Assembly (NCBI RefSeq): GCF_018977255.1
Contig: NW_024704771.1
Location: 2,046,001 to 2,110,000, forward strand
Direction of reading: 5' to 3'
Length of the DNA: 64,000 nt
Source: Callorhinchus milii
Taxonomy: Eukaryota
The notes under the pieces: generated by a model
What the model was told of the DNA's origin: nothing
What the model saw: only the letters and a program-made list of their open reading frames with translations
The model's database searches: none
In this document: piece after piece, positions 59,680 to 64,000 of the stretch
How the letters are laid out: every line of letters begins with the position of its first letter
Numbering within the stretch: position 1 is the first letter of the stretch
Position numbers and translations under genes: made by a program

Positions 59680-60325
59680 CTGATTCCGGCACTTACTGGA
59701 AACTTCAGCAAATTTCTTGCAGCACTTTCTCGAAGTTACAGCTGATGAGCTGTGGTGTCGGCACTTGACATGAACTTTTGGCTCATTTCCAGCTGCACTG
59801 TCGAGAAACTTCTGCTGATTTCCAGTAACTTTACACATCTTCACTTCAATAATAATAACTTCATATAAACTTTGACTTCGTGATGTTTTGGACACTTTCA
59901 ATGAAGTTTCAGCGGATCTCCCGCTGTGTCTATCACTTCCCCAAAATTTCAGCAAAAATTGCGAACAATTTGATATGAGTTCCCAATGGTTTACAGCACT
60001 TTCCAGAAGTTTCAGCTGATAACCAGCGGTCGAACACTCACGTGAACGTTTGTCTGGTTTCCAGCGACACATTCCCAAAGTTTCGGCTGATTTCCAGTGA
60101 TCGCGATCTCCACATATTAAGAAGAAGTCGCGGCTGATTCCAGATGTTTGGAAACTTTTGCGCTAATTTTCAGCTGATTTCCAGCTGTTTGGGGGCATTT
60201 TTCCTGAAGTTTGTGCTGATTTTCGGGTGTTTCTGCCCTTTCACACTGAGGTGCCGCTGATTTTCAGGTTTCGGCACTTTTGCGCTGTATTTGTGCTGAA
60301 TTCCAGATGTTCCCAGAAGTTTCGA
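59680..60325 (+). promoter_or_regulatory. Degenerate tandem array of HSE-bearing units upstream of hsp70
   Basis: Recurrent cacTTTCcaGAAgtTTCagctgatttccag-like units; perfect TTCcaGAAgtTTC at 60001-60013; 5-unit element with two mismatches at 60301-60323. Confidence 0.7.
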
Positions 60326-60389
60326 TGCGGTTTTCCTGATTTACAGCGGATTCTCCGCTTCGTTCCTTCCTGAGGTTTCCCCACAGTTC

Positions 60390-60520
60390 CGCCGCTCTGA
60401 TTGGCCGCCAACCCGGAAGCTTCTGGGGGTTTCTGTCCGTGACGTCACCGCACCGCCCTCTGATTGGCCGCCGTGGGCGACAGACCCGCCCACAGCCCGA
60501 GCAGCTGATGCCATATACAG
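60390..60520 (+). promoter_or_regulatory. hsp70 core promoter
   Basis: Inverted CCAAT boxes (ATTGG at 60400 and 60463), HSE GAAgcTTC 60416-60423, palindromic CRE/ATF GTGACGTCAC 60439-60448, GC boxes, TATA-like catataca 60512-60519. Confidence 0.8.
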
Positions 60521-60527
60521 AGAGTCA

Positions 60528-61170
60528 GAGCCACAGCCACAGAGTGACGGAGAGCACAGCCACAGCCACAGAGTGACCGAGAGCACAGCCACAGCCACAG
60601 AGTGACCGAGAGCAGAGCCACAGAGTGACCGAGAGCAGAGCCACAGCCACAGAGTGACCGAGAGCAGAGCCACAGAGTGACCGAGAGCACAGCCACAGCC
60701 ACAGAGTGACCGAGAGCAAGCCACAGAGTGACCGAGAGCAGAGCCACAGCCACAGAGTGACCGAGAGCAGAGCCAGCCAGAGTGACCGAGAGCACAGCCA
60801 CAGCCACAGAGTGACCGAGAGCACAGCCACAGCCACAGAGAGACCGAGAGCAGAGCCACAGAGTGACCGAGAGCACAGCCACAGCCACAGAGTGACCGAG
60901 AGCAGAGCCACAGCCACAGAGTGACCGAGAGCAGAGCCACAGCCACAGAGTGACCGAGAGCACAGCCACAGAGAGACCGAGAGCACAGCCACAGCCACAG
61001 AGTGACCGAGAGCAGAGCCACAGCCACAGAGTGACCGAGAGCAGAGCCACAGCCACAGAGAGACCGAGAGCAGAGCCACAGCCACAGAGTGACCGAGAGC
61101 ACAGCCACAGAGTGACCGAGAGCACAGCCACAGAGTGACCGAGAGCAGAGCCACAGCCACAGAGAGACCG
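60528..61170 (+). repeat. 23/29-nt minisatellite (~24 units, cagagccacagccacagagtgaccgagag) between the hsp70 TATA-like box and the start codon
   Basis: Units counted by eye; followed by a GA-rich tract to ~61275. Confidence 0.92.
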
Positions 61171-61358
61171 AGAGAGACCGAGAGACTGAGAGAGAGACTG
61201 AGAGTGAGACAGAGAGAGAGAGAGGAGAGAGAACGAGAGAGAGAGAGAGACAGAGAGAAAGAAGACACAGAGAGAAAAATTTCTTCGCAGTGACTCCACC
61301 ACAAGATCCACTGCCATTGGGACAGCGATTCAGAGTCCGAGTCACTGACTGCAGGACA

Positions 61359-63263
61359 ATNNNNNNNNNNNNNNNNNNNNNNNNNNNNNNNNNNNNNNNN
61401 NNNNNNNNNNNNNNNNNNNNNNNNNNNNNNNNNNNNNNNNNNNNNNNNNNNNNNNNNNNNNNNNNNNNNNNNNNNNNNNNNNNNNNNNNNNNNNNNNGGC
61501 TGATCGGGGAGGCGGCCAAGAACCAGGTGGCCCTCAACCCCCCCAACACCGTCTTTGATGCCAAGAGGCTGATAGGGAGGAAGTTCGATGACCCTGTGGT
61601 GCAGGCGGACATGAAGCACTGGCCTTTCCAGGTGTTGAGCCAGGGGGGAAAACCCATGGTGCAGGTTGAGTACAAGGGAGAGCCCAAGACTTTCAACCCT
61701 GAGGAGATCTCCTCTATGGTTCTAACCAAGATGAAGGAGATCGCTGAGGCTTATCTGGGCTCCAAGGTCACCAACGCTGTCATCACGGTGCCCGCTTACT
61801 TCAACGACTCCCAGCGCCAGGCCACCAAAGATGCCGGAGTGATAGCAGGGCTCAATGTCCTCCGAATAATCAACGAGCCCACGGCAGCTGCCATCGCATA
61901 CGGCTTGGACAAGAAGGGCCACGGGGAGAGGAACATCCTGATCTTCGACCTGGGTGGGGGCACCTTCGACGTGTCCGTCCTCACCATTGATGGTGGGATC
62001 TTTGAAGTCAAATCCACGGCCGGTGATACCCACCTGGGGGGCGAGGACTTTGACAGCCGCATGGTTGACCACTTCATCCAGGAGTTCAAGAGAAAACACA
62101 AGAGGGACATCAGCCAGAACAAGAGGGCGGTCAGGAGGCTGAGGACAGCCTGTGAGAGGGCAAAGAGGACTTTGTCTTCAAGCACCCAAGCCGGCATTGA
62201 GATCGACTCCCTCTTTGAAGGCATCGACTTCTACACCTCCATCACCAGGGCACGGTTTGAGGAGCTCAATGGGGACCTGTTCAGAGGGACCCTGGAGCCA
62301 GTGGAGAAAGCATTAACTGACGCGAAGCTGGACAAGTCTCAGATCCAAGATGTGGTCCTCGTCGGTGGCTCCACTCGCATCCCGAAGATCCAGAAGCTTC
62401 TGCAGGATTTCTTCAACGGCCGAGAGCTGAACAAGGGCATCAACCCAGATGAGGCAGTGGCTTATGGTGCGGCTGTGCAAGCCGCCATCCTGATGGGCGA
62501 CAAGTCTCAGAACGTGCAGGACCTTCTCCTGCTGGACGTGACTCCTCTGTCCCTGGGGCTGGAGACGGCGGGAGGCGTGATGACCGCCCTCATCAAGAGG
62601 AACTCAACCATCCCCACCAAACAGACCCAGTTCTTCACCACCTACTCCGACAACCAGCCCGGCGTCTTGGTGCAAGTGTATGAGGGTGAGAGAGCCATGA
62701 CCAAGGACAACAACCTCCTGGGCAAGTTCGAGCTGAGTGGCATCCCCCCGGCCCCCCGTGGGGTTCCGCAGATCCAGGTCACCTTCGACATCGATGCCAA
62801 TGGTATCCTGAATGTCTCGGCTGCTGACAAGAGCACAGGCAAGGAGAACAAGATCACCATCACCAACGAGAAGGGTCGGCTGAGCAAGGAGGAGATCGAG
62901 AGGATGGTGCAAGAGGCCGAGAACTACAAGGTGGATGACGAGTTGCAGCGGGAGAGGGTGGCGGCCAAGAACGGGCTGGAGTCGTTCGTCTACGCAGCCA
63001 AAAGTGCAATGGAGGACAAGAGCACAGAGGGCAAGGTGGGCGAGGAGGAAAGGAGGCAGGCGCTGGACAAGTGCAGACAGGTCATTGCCTGGCTGGATGG
63101 AAACCAGACGGCGGAGAAGGAAGAGTTTGAGCACCAGCTGAAGGAGCTGGAGAGGGTGTGCAGTCCTGTCATGGCCAGGCTGAGGCAGGGAGGGGCAGCG
63201 GGGAGCGAGCAATCGGGCAAGAGCTGTCCATCTACGGGCCCAACCGTGGAGGAAGTGCATTGA
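61359..63263 (+). CDS. hsp70: Cytosolic heat shock protein 70 (intronless in the visible part, inducible type); N-terminal ~46 codons hidden in an N run
   Basis: [67 protein letters not shown], ending GPTVEEVH*. The start is inferred from GACAAT|N at 61359, which is in frame with the ORF. Confidence 0.93.
   Translation, partial: XXXXXXXXXXXXXXXXXXXXXXXXXXXXXXXXXXXXXXXXXXXXXXXLIGEAAKNQVALNPPNTVFDAKRLIGRKFDDPVVQADMKHWPFQVLSQGGKPMVQVEYKGEPKTFNPEEISSMVLTKMKEIAEAYLGSKVTNAVITVPAYFNDSQRQATKDAGVIAGLNVLRIINEPTAAAIAYGLDKKGHGERNILIFDLGGGTFDVSVLTIDGGIFEVKSTAGDTHLGGEDFDSRMVDHFIQEFKRKHKRDISQNKRAVRRLRTACERAKRTLSSSTQAGIEIDSLFEGIDFYTSITRARFEELNGDLFRGTLEPVEKALTDAKLDKSQIQDVVLVGGSTRIPKIQKLLQDFFNGRELNKGINPDEAVAYGAAVQAAILMGDKSQNVQDLLLLDVTPLSLGLETAGGVMTALIKRNSTIPTKQTQFFTTYSDNQPGVLVQVYEGERAMTKDNNLLGKFELSGIPPAPRGVPQIQVTFDIDANGILNVSAADKSTGKENKITITNEKGRLSKEEIERMVQEAENYKVDDELQRERVAAKNGLESFVYAAKSAMEDKSTEGKVGEEERRQALDKCRQVIAWLDGNQTAEKEEFEHQLKELERVCSPVMARLRQGGAAGSEQSGKSCPSTGPTVEEVH
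61361..61497. other. Run of 137 N inside the hsp70 CDS
   Basis: Directly seen. Confidence 0.97.
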
Positions 63264-64000
63264 ACGTCGCCGATGAACTTCCTGCCACTTTGGCACATGC
63301 TCAGATGATAATCTTTCCCACCTTCGGACACTTGGTTATATCTATGTATGTATATATATATGTGTTTAAATGATAAGTTTGTAGACAGCCACACATATCT
63401 ATATACAGCTTCATGCCAGATATCTGTACACACTGCAGCAGGGCAGGTTTCTGTAAATATGGGAGGACTTTACTTGACGTTTTCGTGGAATATAATATTC
63501 CTTGCATTTGATACTCAATCCAGCACTGTTTGTGGGATGTTGCTGTGTATAATTGATGCTGCATTTCACCCAGAAAATACAGTCACAGCCCTTTACAGTA
63601 TATTCTGTGAAGCACTTTGACATGACTCAACCATGTGATAAGGAGCTATATCAAATGGAAGGATTATTATTGCCACAATTGGAGGCTTTGACGTCTCGAG
63701 GACATTGCAATTCACTTTACAGTGTGTTCTGTGAAGCGCTTTGGGACGTCCTCCCGACGTGAAAAGCGCTATATCAAATGCAAGGATTATTATTATTATT
63801 GCAAGGCGCTACACGGGATTTCACTGTGAAGTTTAGTGACTGCTGTAAAAACTGTATTACTTGGGCTTTCTCTATCTACATCACATTTCAGAGCGTTACG
63901 GAATTTGGCTAATTCTTAAAAACACCTAAAACCTTAATTTTGCAGCTGTACTTTCTGTGAATTCTCGTTCCAGAAAACCCGTTGTCAAATTGAGATTGTT

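Noticed and set aside
60341-61729. Long ORFs across the hsp70 leader (290-462 aa, minus strand)
   Set aside because: They come from the 23/29-nt minisatellite and the N run; no domain signal.

Overview
Repeat-rich vertebrate DNA, probably from a cartilaginous fish (inferred from the tRNA-headed/Deu-type SINEs and abundant CR1 and L2 LINEs; species not provable here). It is an immune/stress gene cluster. From left to right: the last exons of an ITIM+ITSM inhibitory receptor; a decayed retrovirus-like element (gag-pro-RT-tether-RNaseH-partial IN, 3' LTR); orphan and pseudogenised B30.2 exons; an Hsp70 fragment; a 1.2-kb telomere-variant minisatellite; a 5'-truncated R2-clade retrotransposon with an uninterrupted RT-CCHC-RLE ORF, sitting outside 28S rDNA and abutting a CpG-island promoter with a perfect heat-shock element; a complete butyrophilin-like gene (SP-IgV-IgC-TM-B30.2) with a near-full-length CR1 in its last intron; a second butyrophilin-like gene that has lost IgC; and an intronless Hsp70 gene with an HSE-rich upstream array, a minisatellite leader and a non-canonical EEVH C-terminus. 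TE and repeat boundaries are approximate (read by eye). Exon coordinates were counted from the sequence. No database searches were run.
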